Assembly: GCA_951406725.2 (NCBI GenBank) | Contig: OX597814.1 | Span: forward strand, 34,968,001-35,032,000 | Length of the DNA stretch: 64,000 bases | Direction: 5' to 3' | DNA from: Octopus vulgaris | Taxonomy: Eukaryota | Shown here: positions 29,141-42,921 of the stretch, one piece after another | Position numbering within the stretch: position 1 is the first letter of the stretch | Layout: each line of letters begins with the position of its first letter | Notes under the pieces: generated by a model | What the model was told of the DNA's origin: nothing | What the model saw: the letters and a program-made list of their open reading frames with translations, nothing else | The model's database searches: none | Program-made: the position numbers and the translations under genes

Positions 29141-29738
29141 ACTCTAAATAAAAGATAATCAAACCGGTCAATACGTATATTCAGTATGTACATCCTAGAG
29201 TATATTCCGCTTAGAAAAACTGCTACTCCTTATCCATTATGGAATAATAAATAGCACGTCTGTGTTAAGAATAGTCTCGCGGTAATAAAGCAATTTTAAA
29301 TTCTTCATAATGTGATATAAAACGATTATTCTTCTATAACTTACCCTCATCTCTAAAAAGGCTAAAATTTCACCCACAACATAGTACCAATTAGTGAATC
29401 TGATATTTTTATCTCTCACCTAAGTGAATGTATTCTCTATTTTCACAACTCATTCTTGGTTTTAAAAAATTGATATCACCATGCGTTTCCACGACGGGGC
29501 CTAATTATATGAAATTATTGGAATTTATACTTTTTTTGACTCTTCACGATGGGAGGTTTACACAAGTACAATTTCCGTAATATCTCACATAATTTGATCA
29601 AATTGATCTATATAGATTTAAAGGTTTTGTAGTGTCAGTTAAAAAAAAGTAGGTTTAAGTAGGGCAATACTACTAACGTTAGTCTTTTGGATATTAATTG
29701 AAATTTAGAAACTAATAAATATTACGCTATCGAGAAAA

Positions 29739-30325
29739 ATTTGCACTGCCTCCGGAAAATCCTCCGCATCAAATGGCAGAACCATATCCCCCAACAAAGA
29801 TGTCCTCAGGCAAGCAGGAATACCAAGCATGTTTGCACTCCTCACACAAAGACGTATGAGATGGCTTGGGCATGTTAGCCGCATGAAAGATGGCAGAATC
29901 CCCAAGGACATACTCTACGGAGAGCTTGCTAGGGGTACCAGGTCTGTGGGTAGACCGCTCTTACGTTACAAGGATGTTTGCAAAAGGGACATGAAGGCCT
30001 GCAACATCAATATTAGCGGTTGGGAGGCGGCTGCTGGCAACCGTGGAGACTGGCGACGTACCGTAAGAGAGGGAATACAAAGGAGTGACAGAGAAAGAGA
30101 GGAGAAATGGAAAGACAAGAAAAGACGTCAACAAGAAACTATGGCATTACAACCAGCCAGGAACAGTCTTCGCTACATTTGTGGTACCTGCCAGAGGGAA
30201 TGTTTGTCCAGGATAGGACTACACAGCCACAGCAGGAAATGTATCAGGACATGAAATGTAAAAGCCGGACTAGACTACTTTATGCGCAACTCCATTGTCT
30301 CCCGAGACAAAAAGGATGCCAACAA
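29739..30325 (+). mobile_element. 5'-truncated RTE LINE 3' end
   Basis: CLRKILRIKW..RRMRWLGHVSRM.DGRIPKDILYGEL..GRP; C2H2 CGTCQRECLSRIGLHSH; caacaa tail; candidate TSD cgagaaaa. Confidence 0.92.
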
Positions 30326-30484
30326 CGAGAAAATATTACAGATAAATATAAATTCGACACACCCTATTATTTTTCTAAGTAATTTGCGTCCTAATTTTGA
30401 TGACCGCGTATCCTTATTGTCTTCAGATGATGCATTATTCAATAATGCATTATTCAATAATGCATTTATTATTAGAATGAGTAA

Positions 30485-30692
30485 CAGGGCGGCCAGCTGG
30501 AAAAATCATTAGCACGCCGGGCTTAGCGGCATTTCATTCGTCTTTACGTTCTGAGTTCAAATTCTGCCGAGGTCGACTTTGCCTTTCATCCTTTCGCGGT
30601 CGATAAATTAAGTACCAATGAAAAACCGGTGTCAATGTAATCGACTGGTCTCCTCCCCCAAAATTGCAGGCCTTGTGCCTTCAGTAGAAAGG
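30485..30692 (+). mobile_element. Nin-domain SINE with TSD
   Basis: TSD attattagaaNNagtaa at 30468 and 30693. Confidence 0.9.
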
Positions 30693-31806
30693 ATTATTAG
30701 AACCAGTAATTTTGTCATATTGATTTCAAGAATAAAATTTAGTATATGATCCCTACCAAAAATTTCAGTCGCAGAAATAGACACGAAATATTCAATGGAG
30801 TAATCCAGTATATAATCGAAATATACAAAACCATATTATCAGAGATTTCTGAAATTCAGATTCTTTCCATTTCCCACTAAACAGTAGGTATAGAGTTTTA
30901 TATTAGAAATACAGTTTAAGTAAGCTATTCGTGCTGTAAGAATTTAGCATGTTCTACCAAAATCATAATTTCACAAATTTATCCCAAAATAGCTACATGT
31001 GGATTAATAGTACATAATAGTTGTCACTTTAGTGTCAATTACCCTTCGAAATTTTTATCGATTTTGTTAAAGCTTTAAGCGAGAGTAATATTGCTCTTTG
31101 AACTTACAGCAGCTTGACTGGTAAAGTGGTTAGGAACCGATTTCATGAATGTAGATTTCCATTAAAAAAAAATAAATTATACAAATGTTTTCAAGGACAC
31201 ACAGGTTATGAAAGAAATAGTTTTCTGCTGTGTTTAAAATCCTGTGGTTGATCCCAAGCTGAGTCAGTCCTTACGTTTTTATTCGATTCTACTCTGTAAG
31301 CTTTATTTGAATGAGAAATTGATTTTATTTCAAACTGACAAAGGCGTGCAGGGATTGTATGCTCCTCTATTGTGCATGAGCCAGATAAAGTTAAAGGTAT
31401 TCTTTCATTCTTTGTAGGATATTCGATTTCATCTGCGCATTTGAGGTTTCTATGTTTCTGTGCTTATAAAGAAAAGTTTCTTGCTTAGATATTAACCCGC
31501 AACTTAAGCGAAGAGAAAGATTCGATCATTTCGATACAAGTAATTAAATGCTACTAAAAGTTTCTAACGCAGTATACCGAATGTCTAATTTGGCGGTATT
31601 CGAAGTAAGATCATAAAGGATCGTTAGCAAAACCGATCGCCAAAATATCGATTTCTCTGTTAATTCGATAAATCTTAACTCGTTGTACGAATGAATACTG
31701 TTAGGGGATCACGAATGTACACGAGTGAAATAACATTTGAATTCGTCGATCCAAGTATAATATGAGACTCATTTGCTAGATAACGATTAAAGGTATAGAA
31801 ACACGA

Positions 31807-32223
31807 AAGGCGGTGAGCTGGCAGAAACGTTAGCACGCAGGACGAAATGATTAGCGGTATTTCGTCTGCCGTTACGTTCTGAGTTCAAATTCCGCCGAGG
31901 TCGACTTTGCCTTTCATCCTTTCGGGGTCGATTAAATAAGTGCCAGTTACGCACTGGGGTCGATGTAATCGACTTAATCCGTTTGTCTGTCCTTGTTTGT
32001 TCCCTCTGCGTTTAGCCCCTTGTGGGTAGTAAAGAAATAGGTATTTCGTCTGCCGTTACGTTCTGAGTTCAAATTCCGCTGAGGTCGACTTTGCCTTTCA
32101 TTCTTTCGGGGTCGATTAAATAAGTACCAGTTACGCACTGGGGTTGATGTAATCGACTTAATCCGTTTGTCTGTCCTTGTTTGTTCCCCTCTGCGTTTAG
32201 CCCCATGTGGGTAGTAAAGAAAT
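31807..32223 (+). mobile_element. Nin-domain SINE with tandemly duplicated body
   Basis: 16-bp TSD aggtatagaaacacga (31791, 32224); ~185-bp body repeated. Confidence 0.93.
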
Positions 32224-33158
32224 AGGTATAGAAACACGAGCCCGATACAATATAATCTAGCTAATAACGAGCCATTATGTATTCGCCCAAAGTGGCAGAA
32301 ACAATCCTAAAACTTCATCTGTTTCTAAAAGAAAAACGTATAAGATATATTGTCTAACATGCCTTACAAACAATATGCATATCTATGTCAGAAATGAAGT
32401 CAGGAAGGTATCAACTGGAATGTTTTCATCATAGGTTTGTCCTATGAAAACTGACCAGGGACTAAACAACAACATCAATTCAGATCAAGAACCTGAACGA
32501 TTATGTCCTCCACTGTAAAGTTTCCAATATGTACTGATCATAGTATGCTAATTAAATATATATGCAATACTTGAATACATCCTTAATGCTGTATCCTTGG
32601 GTCACTGGGTATTTTGGGTGTTACTCCATTTACTCCCATCCAGGCGACTCGACCTAGGTCAACCAAACCTATGACTTTGTGCAGCATTTTACTGACACTC
32701 CGGATCCTCTATTTTCAGTCAGAGCCATCCAACTAGGTTTTCAGCAGTCCCTCCTTTGTTCTGATGACTCGTTTTCCGCTGATTCCTGTTAAGCTTTGAG
32801 TTCCATAGGTCTCACTCAGGCACGAGCCGTAAATATTTGACAGCCCGCCACCAGTGGAAAACGCAGCTTACCCCACCTATTCCTCCTCTTTATATCTTAC
32901 GTCTCGACCATCTTCTCCTCCCAGTAAACATGCTAGTTAATGGTAATTTCTAAAAACAAGTTCAATAATAGGTATTTTAAGTACCTGGAGTATTGTAAAC
33001 TTTACCTCCGTGTTTCAGTCAGCCATTTAAAGCTGACGTTGATAATAAACACACTGCCTGAATCTCAGGTGCTTTACGTATGCAAGTATAAGAACATATA
33101 TTCAGAGTCTACACCTATCTAACTGCATTTAGCATTCTTGTGTTATTACACTAAAATT

Positions 33159-33210
<52 letters not shown>

Positions 33211-33222
<12 letters not shown>

Positions 33223-33822
33223 GAGGGCATTATTATACTAATTTTAGTAAAATTTTTGGTAGAAATGACTAATTGTCCCTCTTAGCGTGTGGCATGTATG
33301 TATAATAATGCCCTCTATATATAAATTAATATGTTCAATAAGAAAGAATTATTTTCGAAATTTTTTCTCTTATGAGGTCTTTCACGCTATCTACCCGATA
33401 ATTTCTTGTTAAGTTTTCCTTATTAAGAAGTTGTCCTTAATTGCTATATATATATATATATATATATTTAACAATTAAGAATAACTTCTTAATAAGGAAT
33501 CTTAACAAGAAATTATCAGGTAGTTAGCGTGAAAAACCTCATAAGAGAAAAAAATTCGAAAATAATTTTTTTCCTTTTGAAAATATTAATTTATATTGTA
33601 TAGAGGGAATTATTACACATAAATGCCTCACACTAAGAGGGACATAAGTCATTACTACCAACATTTCACTAATCGTACCCAATGCAGTTAATTTCACTAA
33701 TCGTACCCAATGCAGTTTTGAAAACTGCATTGGGTACGATTAGTGAAATTTTGGTAGTAATGACTTATGTCCCTCTTAGTGTGAGGCATTTATGTGTAAT
33801 AATGCCCTCTATACAATATAAA
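33211..33822. repeat. Nested inverted-repeat (fold-back) structure
   Basis: ~33245-33445 is inverted at ~33470-33672 around (TA)n; ~33588-33718 is inverted at 33722-33822. Confidence 0.9.
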
Positions 33823-34736
33823 TCTCTCTCTATATATATATATACATATATATATGAAGAGAGAGTGAAGAGAGAGAAAGCGATAGGGACAGAGAGAGAG
33901 AGGAAGAAAGAGAGCAAAGGAGAGAAAGAGAGGGAAGAAAGAGAGTGAAGGAGAGAGAGAGTGAGAAAGTGAGGAAGATAAAGAGTGAAAGACATATTTA
34001 TACATACATTCTTGCATCCATGTATTCAAAGAACGCAGTCCTGAAATGGCTGTTTTGGACAGGAAATTAAAGTCACGTTCAGTTGCATAGGTCAGTTTCT
34101 AAGCGGATGTTCATATTTCATTGAAAATTAGTGAGAAAAGAACATTTATGGTCAACTACATAAGAAACCTATGTGTTCTTTACTCAGGTTATGAATTTAC
34201 ATCTGTAACTAAATCATTGGTCCACTGATTTATGCTACAATGTTTTAAGTAATAAGTCTAAAAGAGCTGGAAGTTTTAGACAAAGAGCCTATTTAAATCA
34301 AACTATAAATTAAATCTACAAACTAAACGGTGAGAATAAGCACAATGTTTCCAAATTCAGTATGCTACGCTTTACTATTATTGTTATCCAAAGTCCGATT
34401 ATGGAGCTCTGTTTATGAGTTAGAGACTAGCCTTTCCCTATTTGAAGATTTAACTAAGCTGCGGAGTTACAGTGAAAATATGTTAACCACATACGTACGC
34501 ATATATTTTAGTATACGTATTTCGTTAGTGTTTATATACTTGTACACAAACATACACACACAAATGCGCGCATACACGCACACACACACACACACACACA
34601 TACACACGTGCGCGCATGTATATGCTTAAATAGATTTCTTTCTATACAATCAATGAGTATTCCATTTTTTCATCTATTGAACTACTTTAAGCTAATCATC
34701 AGATAGACTCAGCTTAATATTTCTTCTATTTTGATC

Positions 34737-34887
34737 TTCCGCCGAGGTCGACTTTGCCTTTCATCCTTTCGGGGGTCGATAAATTAAGTACCAGTTACGC
34801 ACTGGGGTCGATCTAATCGATTTAATCCCTTTGTCTGTCCTTGTTTGTCCCCTCTATATTTAGCCCCTTGTGGGCAATAAAGAAATA
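34737..34887 (+). mobile_element. 5'-truncated Nin-SINE with TSD
   Basis: TSD tattttgatc at 34727 and 34888. Confidence 0.88.
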
Positions 34888-34942
34888 TATTTTGATCGTA
34901 ACACAAGATAGTCTTTTGCTTAATATTAATGAATTTATATGT

Positions 34943-35230
34943 AGACGCATGGCCTAGCAGTCACGGTGCTACACTCGCAATCGCGAAATCGTGGTTTCAA
35001 TTCCTAGACCGGATGTAACCTTGTGCCAAAACACTTAATCTCAGGTTGGTCTCCGACCACTGCGATACCTGACGTGTGGCATATCGCGTACCTGTTCAAC
35101 CTATACCGATTTGATGGCGGGATACAGCGCAAGCATTTAATCATTATATACAAATCATTTGTGTAGGTTGTTCGACAAAAGCTGAACACTCATGGGCCGT
35201 CTTCGTGTAGGCTGTTCGGTAAGAATTTTC
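34943..35230 (+). mobile_element. tRNA-derived SINE (diverged)
   Basis: gcatggcctagcagtc..ggtttcaattcctagacc head. Confidence 0.65.
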
Positions 35231-36099
35231 AAAACCGTCTCTCTCAGACTACGAGATACTCCCACCAATGATTTTATGTTCCCCGTGCGAGTGTCTCCCT
35301 GCTATTTGCATCCACATTTTTCTATTCTCTTCTCTCTCTCTACTATGCCGTCTCTCTCTTTCTTCTTTTCGCTCTCTTTCTCTACCCTCTGTCACTCTCA
35401 ACCCGTTCCTCCTCTTCCTAATTGTTAGTCTTCGTCTTCCGCACTTTGTTCATCTTGCACGATCTATTTGTTTTTGAGCTTAACACAATATAATTTAAAA
35501 TATTCATCTGACACCTAACTTATAACAACATTAATTATATAAATGCCCGTTTGATATAATCGCAAAATAGTACGTTAGGTCGATGAATCATAACAGTACA
35601 GCAACGTCTATCAGCGCTTTATAACATCGATACATAAAAGAACAGAAACTAACTAATGCCACATTAATTATAATCGGTCACTTAGAATTACGTTCCCACG
35701 CATTTACTTAAGTAATTAATATAATAAAAAGGCTACTAATAGAATAACCCCATCATCTGTCATTAAACAATCAAATGTTTCACACAGTAGCCGTTATAAT
35801 TGAGGAACCCAGAATGAAACAATTTAGAATCTTTCACTAATGTTACCCATCGTATATATGCGTTATATCTTTGCCCTGTTTTATAATCAACTGTATGAAG
35901 CACTTTCAAACAGACTAATAAATGAGCTAAACTAACAAATCCAATGTATATTAGGAAATAGTATATCTTAATATATAAGAGCTAGATTGTGAATATATTA
36001 ACACATCAAAATGTGTTACATAGATTTTAGATCATTAGATAAATAAATACACTAAATAACAAATATCAATTCACAATATGATTAAGAATTAAAACAATT

Positions 36100-37130
36100 A
36101 TACAAATGGCGACGCTTCCACCAAATTCTTGTAGACCTAAATTCAAAACATCAGCTCTGATTTCTTCAAATTCCTTAATGATTTCATACACTATGATTTG
36201 AGTTGCTTTTTGCATTTTAAGAATTTATGTGCTTCCAGGATGTTATTCATTTTCGAGTCTCTAGTTAGTAAAGGAAGATTTTGCACAATAGTGTTGTATG
36301 CCTCGTTGTTTCTAGGGTTGTGAGTTGATATATACAGTAGTGCTTTGACATGAGGAGTGGTGTTATGTTTTGTTGCCCTTGGCACGCTTAATTCCATCGT
36401 CTATAAGTGAGGGTGGATATTGTCTTTCAGCTAATGTTGTTCTGAGGTTTAGAAAACAAAAGTTCCGAGTAGTTCTGTCAGACACTACTGTGCAAACCCT
36501 TTTACCAAATTAAAAGGAATATTTATTTTGATGTCTTTCGGGTGCCATGAGCTAAAAAGGAAATATTGCTCTGAGTCCGTTGGTTTATCATAGTTGTCAG
36601 TTATAATTCGGTTGTTGACCTTTTTAATCATAATATACCAAAATGGGACCTGTTGTTTGCTATATTCCATTGTGAATTGAATGTTACTGTTTATATCATT
36701 TAGTGTTGATTTGAATACCAAACGTTTACCAATGATCTCCTTCCAAATGTTAAAACAGTCATCCTGGTATCTTTTCCAGTTTTCTCTTATATAACGGTGG
36801 AATGGATAACCGTATTTTTGCAATGACACTTCATATATGATGAATTCAAATAACCCATTATCACGTTCGCAAGACCAGGGGTTGCTTTCGTTCCCATCGC
36901 AATTCGACATTTTTGACGATAATAGGTGTCATCAAAGAAGAAGTAATTGATCTGAAGTACAAATTTTAAACATTCAATAATAAAGAACTGATTTATGCGT
37001 TCCGGAAGTAATTCGGGATACTTTTCCGACCAGAATTTGATTGCTTTTATTCCATAGTCATGTGGGATGTTGGTGTAAAAATTGATAACATCGAACAACG
37101 CTAACTGAAAGACATTATCCACCCTCACTT
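36100..37130 (-). pseudogene. Decayed PLE RT fragment
   Basis: FDVINFYTNIPH, RQKCRIAMGT, WKRYQDDCF, KPTDSEQY..SSWHP; frameshifted. Confidence 0.9.
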
Positions 37131-37989
37131 ATAGACGAACTACGCACACACACATGTATGTATATATATCTGTGTGTGTATATATAAAGACTGAGAGCGA
37201 GAGAGAGATATGTATGTGTACGCGTATGTGTGTACATGTGTGTCTGTGTGGGAAGATGCGCTTATATATGTGTGACAATGTGTATGTAATCTTGTATACA
37301 TGTTCAAACGTATTCGTACGTGTAGCGACTCCATATTAAGATTTATCACTTCCTGGAAAATCTTAAACATTTTGCGGTAGCAATGCAGACGGGAGTATCG
37401 GCTTTATGTGTCCTGGTCCATATTTTACAATTATGAAAATGGAAAGGTGAAACTAATGTTCATCTCTGTGAAAGTCAGCTTGAAACAACACTCCTGTATA
37501 TGTTTTACTTCTCTGTAAAAATAATGTTTGTAGATATGATCATAATCGTGTATTACCGGTTTATATAGCAAGTTTAGTAAACGTCACCTAATCGACCTAG
37601 AAATGCGTGGTATTTTAATTTAATTGGCCCTAGCGTGGTTCGAAATCAGGAGTTAGGGCGTAGCAAGGTATTTGTAGGCTATTATACGAAATCTGTCACT
37701 GAAATGCCCGCTAGTAATAGTATTTTTATATGATAGTAATACTTTTCAGTAATACTTTTCAGTTGTTTCTATGGGGAGTATTAGTCTATTCAAATTTGCT
37801 ACATAATACGAAAGAATATTGTAGCATGAAGTACTCATGTCTACTTTAAAGCATGCAAAATCAGTGAATCACGTGACAGACAACTTACTCGAATATTTAG
37901 TTAATCCATATTCCATCAAATCCTTTTGCACCTCGTGTCAGGTACGTGTAGATAGCTATTTAATGGTTTTATATAATCGTTCTCTTAAC

Positions 37990-38230
37990 AAACGCAATAA
38001 CATCTTGTGCAACTGTCCACTTAAAAATGAATATCCAATTGAAGGTTTGCATACTGTGCTAAAGTAACAGCTAGAATAATCACGAATACAACTTATATTC
38101 GATTGACAGAAAACATATTCAAAATCCTTTGCAACGTGTCTTCAGCTTCTGCTGTCGAAATAAACTGAACATAGCTGTTCTTTTCAAGTATATATAAATA
38201 CTGAAAATGAATGGCAGCAATATACAGTTA
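37990..38230 (+). pseudogene. Very old PLE GIY-YIG remnant
   Basis: CNCPLKNEYPIEG followed by YIRLTENIFK (compare YIGLT..FK). Confidence 0.5.
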
Positions 38231-39318
38231 AAATGATTAGTTATAGAATGTTAAAGGCTCTATTTCGGTGGATGTCCTACCCTAATGTGGTAAAAATATA
38301 TATATATTCTGTTTTACCAAACACTCAATCGAACATGAGAAATACTTCCCAAATTCTTAATTAGAAATAAGTACGATATGTACAATCGGGCTAATATATA
38401 TAGCTGTCGCAGTAACGAATCACTTCCCACGAAAAATACATGAGATGAACCAATATCTGGCTACATAGTCTATATATGACATACAGTACCACAATTTAAT
38501 GATAGGCTAAAGCACGTAGAGCTAGAAAATATCCTTTAATATTTGCAAAAAATCGGAATTTCACATACAAACTTGAGCAATAAACATTTTAGATCCTAAA
38601 ATATTCAGGCTTCCATGAATGAAGTAAAAAACGAGGGACAGTATTCATGACGTTTGCTCTCAGTCACATGCTTTAGACATAGTTGTGGTTGATGATTGCT
38701 ATGAATATATGGAGGTCGATATCTACATGAAAAAATGTTGAGTAGTACTTCCATAGAATTACAGTTACTATTGACGATAGGAAAATAGACCTGTACATTT
38801 GGTGCTTTCCTGGTTGGGTGAGATATTTTATTAGCTAATAGAGTGGACCAAAGGAAAACTGATATAGAAATAGATGCTTGTGAATGAACCTTTACCTATG
38901 AGCTGAATGTTCATCATTTGCATTTGTGTTAAGCAATAACACTATGTCAGATATGTAAATGGTACCGTGATATTTGTCAGCAACGGATCAAACTTGAAAT
39001 ATTTCCTATCTCTAAAAAGGAGCTCAATCATTAGGTTGTAGGTGAAGAAATGTTAAAAACATGTCATATGAGAAATTCTCAGAAATTCGTATGGTATAAC
39101 AATCTATCATGAGACTCCATCATTGCTTTGTTAAAGACAAATTTGTCATCCCCTCAGTAAAGCATACTTTCATGAAGGCACTTTTTCTAGAGTGACATAT
39201 TTTACGCAGATGTTACTTGATATCCAAACATAGCATAATGGAGATACGAAAAGCAATATCAGCCGCAATGTAATGTGTTGTTACAAACGATATTAAATAA
39301 GTCGCATCCACAGATCTT

Positions 39319-39328
39319 GAAGAAGAAG

Positions 39329-39360
<32 letters not shown>

Positions 39361-39392
39361 GAAAAAGAAGAAGAAGAAGAAGAAGAAGAAGA
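39319..39392 (+). repeat. (GAA)n microsatellite
   Basis: Direct observation. Confidence 0.95.
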
Positions 39393-40896
39393 GACTTCGA
39401 GGAAGGAAATGGAGGCAAGCAATAAGATGCTTAGCTTAAGGGTGATGGAATGTTTGAAATGTAATATCTGTGCAGACATTTAAGATCAGAGTTTTGTGTA
39501 GGGATCGCACGAAAAGACTCACAATGTTTAGTATAAAATATAATTCAAGCCAATGAGAAATCTACATGGCCACTCAACATGATGGAAAGAAAAAATCTCA
39601 CAAATTATTTCTCATCGTCTAAACAAATGATGTTATATTGATTACTTTCATCATTAATTTCACATCCTCATGTGCCAGTAATCAAGTCGATGATGTGTAG
39701 AGAAATTTTATTCATACATTATACATACTACAGCTCAGTTGTGTTTTAAATGGTTCACATGATGCTTCCACATTGTAATTCAGTCAGGTTCGATGCTCTA
39801 TCTCAGATCAGTTCACATGTCAAAAATAAAGTACAACAACGAAATATTAGATAATACTATCTTAGATACACTATATCCGAGGTAAAGGGAAGAAATGGAC
39901 ATAGCAGGAATATACTTTATATCTTTAATCTTTTTTTTCTTCCAAGAGTTGACCTAAGGCTAACCACCTCCGTTGCCAAAACCAAAATCAACAACAGCCA
40001 CAAAAGAACATACATTGGATATAAGAATATAAAGAAATAGAGACGAAAGTGCTGAGAGGGTAATCTGAACATGTATAATGGAATTCAGCAGCTTTCGATT
40101 AAATTTGTGTGTTTATCAATGACGTTTGATGCGATTGTTTGTAAAAGAATTCTCAGGTTTCATGGCAAAATGAAATACTACTTTCTTTTTGTGTATGTAC
40201 TGAGGTATTCTTTCACAATGAACTTCGTTTTCTCACACCTGTTATTTCATCTCTCTCACACAAGCACGAACACAGACACACAACAGACAGACACGCATAC
40301 ATTAACTCTTTTCTCTCCATTCCTCTCTTTAGCGCACACACACACATGCACAACACGAATGCACACATGCACACGCACACACACTTTCTCTCTGTCAATG
40401 TCTGTATGTATGAGTAGTTACACTCACCAATAAAGATTTTATGTTTAGTAATTGATTTTCTCCTAAAATTGCTCAAATCAGTTAACTAGCACGTGAAGCA
40501 GTCAGTAATAAAAAGTAAACGAGCAAATGAACACACACATGCTCTCACACCCACCTACATCTTTATGTGTGTGTGTTTGTATACGTGTGTGTACAACGTA
40601 TTGCCTACGTACAATAAAAATGCATTTGAGATTCATTTAGCTATTGTCTTTTTTATTTTTTCAGTTTTCCTTTACTTTAAATTTCCATTTATTTTTTGCT
40701 CTCTTCTCTTTAAAAGATTCTACATTAATCTTGCTCCTGGTGAGTTAGTTGCTCAATAATATCCCAGAAACATTATTTTAGGAAAAATTTCGGAGGCCAC
40801 GTGATTGCAGTGTTAGGTCGCATTAATCCGCTTAAAATAAACCATTTAATAACAAGTAAAAGAAATATGTATATGCACGTCTCTCTCTTTCTCTTT

Positions 40897-40955
<59 letters not shown>

Positions 40956-41433
40956 GCTGTCTGTCTATCTATCTAGCTATCTATCTATCTACATATGCAT
41001 ACATACATACATACGTATATGCACATACCCACAACCATATATACTTATATAGATGTGCATGTATGAATATATACACACTTACATACATGTACATACATAT
41101 ACGTGTGTGTGAATGTGTGCGCGTGTGAACGTGTGTGTGCCCCGTTTAAGTGCTAATGCATTCAATAAAAGTGTTAAAAATGAAAATTAAAAAAATTCTG
41201 TGAATAGACCCTAATTTCCCAATTTGTATTTTTCGTTTTTAAACACAACGAAAAATTTATTTCATTAAAAAATAACACGTATACTTGCATAGAAAACACT
41301 ACCAATTTATTGAAAAAAATATTTATAAATACACACAACACAATACAGACACATACATGCACAAATATACATGTACGTAGGCATTCACATGCACATATAT
41401 ACGCATGTAAATGCATATATGCATATATATACC

Positions 41434-41627
41434 TACATATTCATACATGTGTATGTAAACAGATGCATGTAAATGCATATATACATATGCATACCTACCT
41501 ACATACAAACATATACGTATATATATATATATATATATATATACGTATACGTTTGTATGTAGGTAGGTATGCATATGTATATATGCATTTACATGCATCT
41601 GTTTACATACACATGTATGAACATGTA
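41434..41627. repeat. Near-perfect palindrome centred on (TA)n, abutting the PLE 5' end
   Basis: ~85-bp arms (tacatattcatacatgtgtatgtaaacagatgc... / ...gcatctgtttacatacacatgtatgaacatgta) with 2 visible mismatches. Confidence 0.95.
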
Positions 41628-42258
41628 CACCAACTAATACATACTAATACGTACTAATACATACTAGTACATACTAATACTTACACCAACCCTATACATA
41701 CACACGTCCAGACCCCGCATACGCACTTATACTCTCTCTCACACACACACACACACCTATACATACCAATACGTACTAATACATACTAATACATACTAAT
41801 ACATACACCAACCCCATACATACGCACGTCCAGACCAATCTTACGCACTAATACTCTCTCATACACACACACACACACACACACCCTTATACATACTAAT
41901 ACATACACCAACCCTATACATACACACATCCAGACCCCTCCCACGCACTTTTAGCTGGTCCCTCAACCCATTTATCAACCCTATTATCTCCCCTTATTTC
42001 GCTCTCGCGTCTCATGTTTGATCTTTGACCTCTGGCCGAAATCAGATCGCCATGTTGATTCGTTAGCTACTGCACGCATTTTTTTTCTCTCCTTCTTTCT
42101 GTGTTTTTCTCTCTCTGTGTATCTTTCTGTTGAAGAGCGTAGGCTCGAAACGTTAAAGACTTGTTTTATTTATATTTCCTGAGCGCCATACAATTGTTCG
42201 TTTGTTTTCCACCTGCCTTCGTCTTTTGTTTATTTTCATAAAGCTTCCCGTTATATAT
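41627..42258 (+). repeat. 5' pseudo-LTR of the PLE
   Basis: Direct repeat of 46204-46837; differences seen are microsatellite length and a 7-bp indel (gccatacaattg vs gccatactaatacaattg). Confidence 0.95.
42122..42159 (+). ncRNA. Minimal hammerhead-ribozyme-like motif (variant core) in 5' pLTR
   Basis: tcttt CTGTTGA a gagc-gtag-gctc GAA acgtt aaaga: helix I tcttt/aaaga, helix II gagc/gctc, palindromic helix III; A6 replaced by U. Confidence 0.65.
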
Positions 42259-42921
42259 TATGCGCTCACGTGGTCTCACTTTCATCCTATATTCTACCAA
42301 TACCACTATCAACACTTACCTCTACCTTGGATTTTCTTTACCTCTTGGATACTTACCATTGGCTGCACCTCTCTTTCGCGGATCAAAGTGACTTTGCATT
42401 GATGTGAAATCCTTAAAAAATATACCACGACGTCTACACATTTCTCACCTTGAACTTTCAACCTTGAACTTGTTCGCATAAACTGTCCCGTTTGTTGTAT
42501 TTTTATTTCTTCTTATATTACCACATTTTTACATTCATTTCATGCTTCCCACATTTTCCTGAATTTTTGTTCTCCTTTCCGTCTTTCTTCCCTCTCTGGA
42601 TGTCCATACTCCGTTTCCTCTGCCTGCACCCCCTTTTTTTGCCTCCCCCTCTCTCTGCTTCCCTTCTTTCTTTCCCTTTTTCGTTTGCCCCGTCTTTTCT
42701 GCCCCTATCGCTTACTTATCTAGTTTTTTCATACGATTATTATTTTTTTATTATTTTTTTGTTTTTTTATTATTTTTTTTATTATTTTTTTGTTTTTTTG
42801 AACGTTTGTTTTTTCCCCGTTTTTCGCTATCCTTTTTTTCTATTTTTTTCATACGATAATTTTTGTTTTTTGTTTTTTTTTGTTTTTTCGAACGTTTTTT
42901 TTTTTTTTCCGCTATCCCATC

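Noticed and set aside
41630-41950. CRISPR-like repeat/spacer appearance; also 22-bp triplet at 51209-51270
   Set aside because: Plain tandem repeats without unique spacers, in a eukaryotic context with no cas genes
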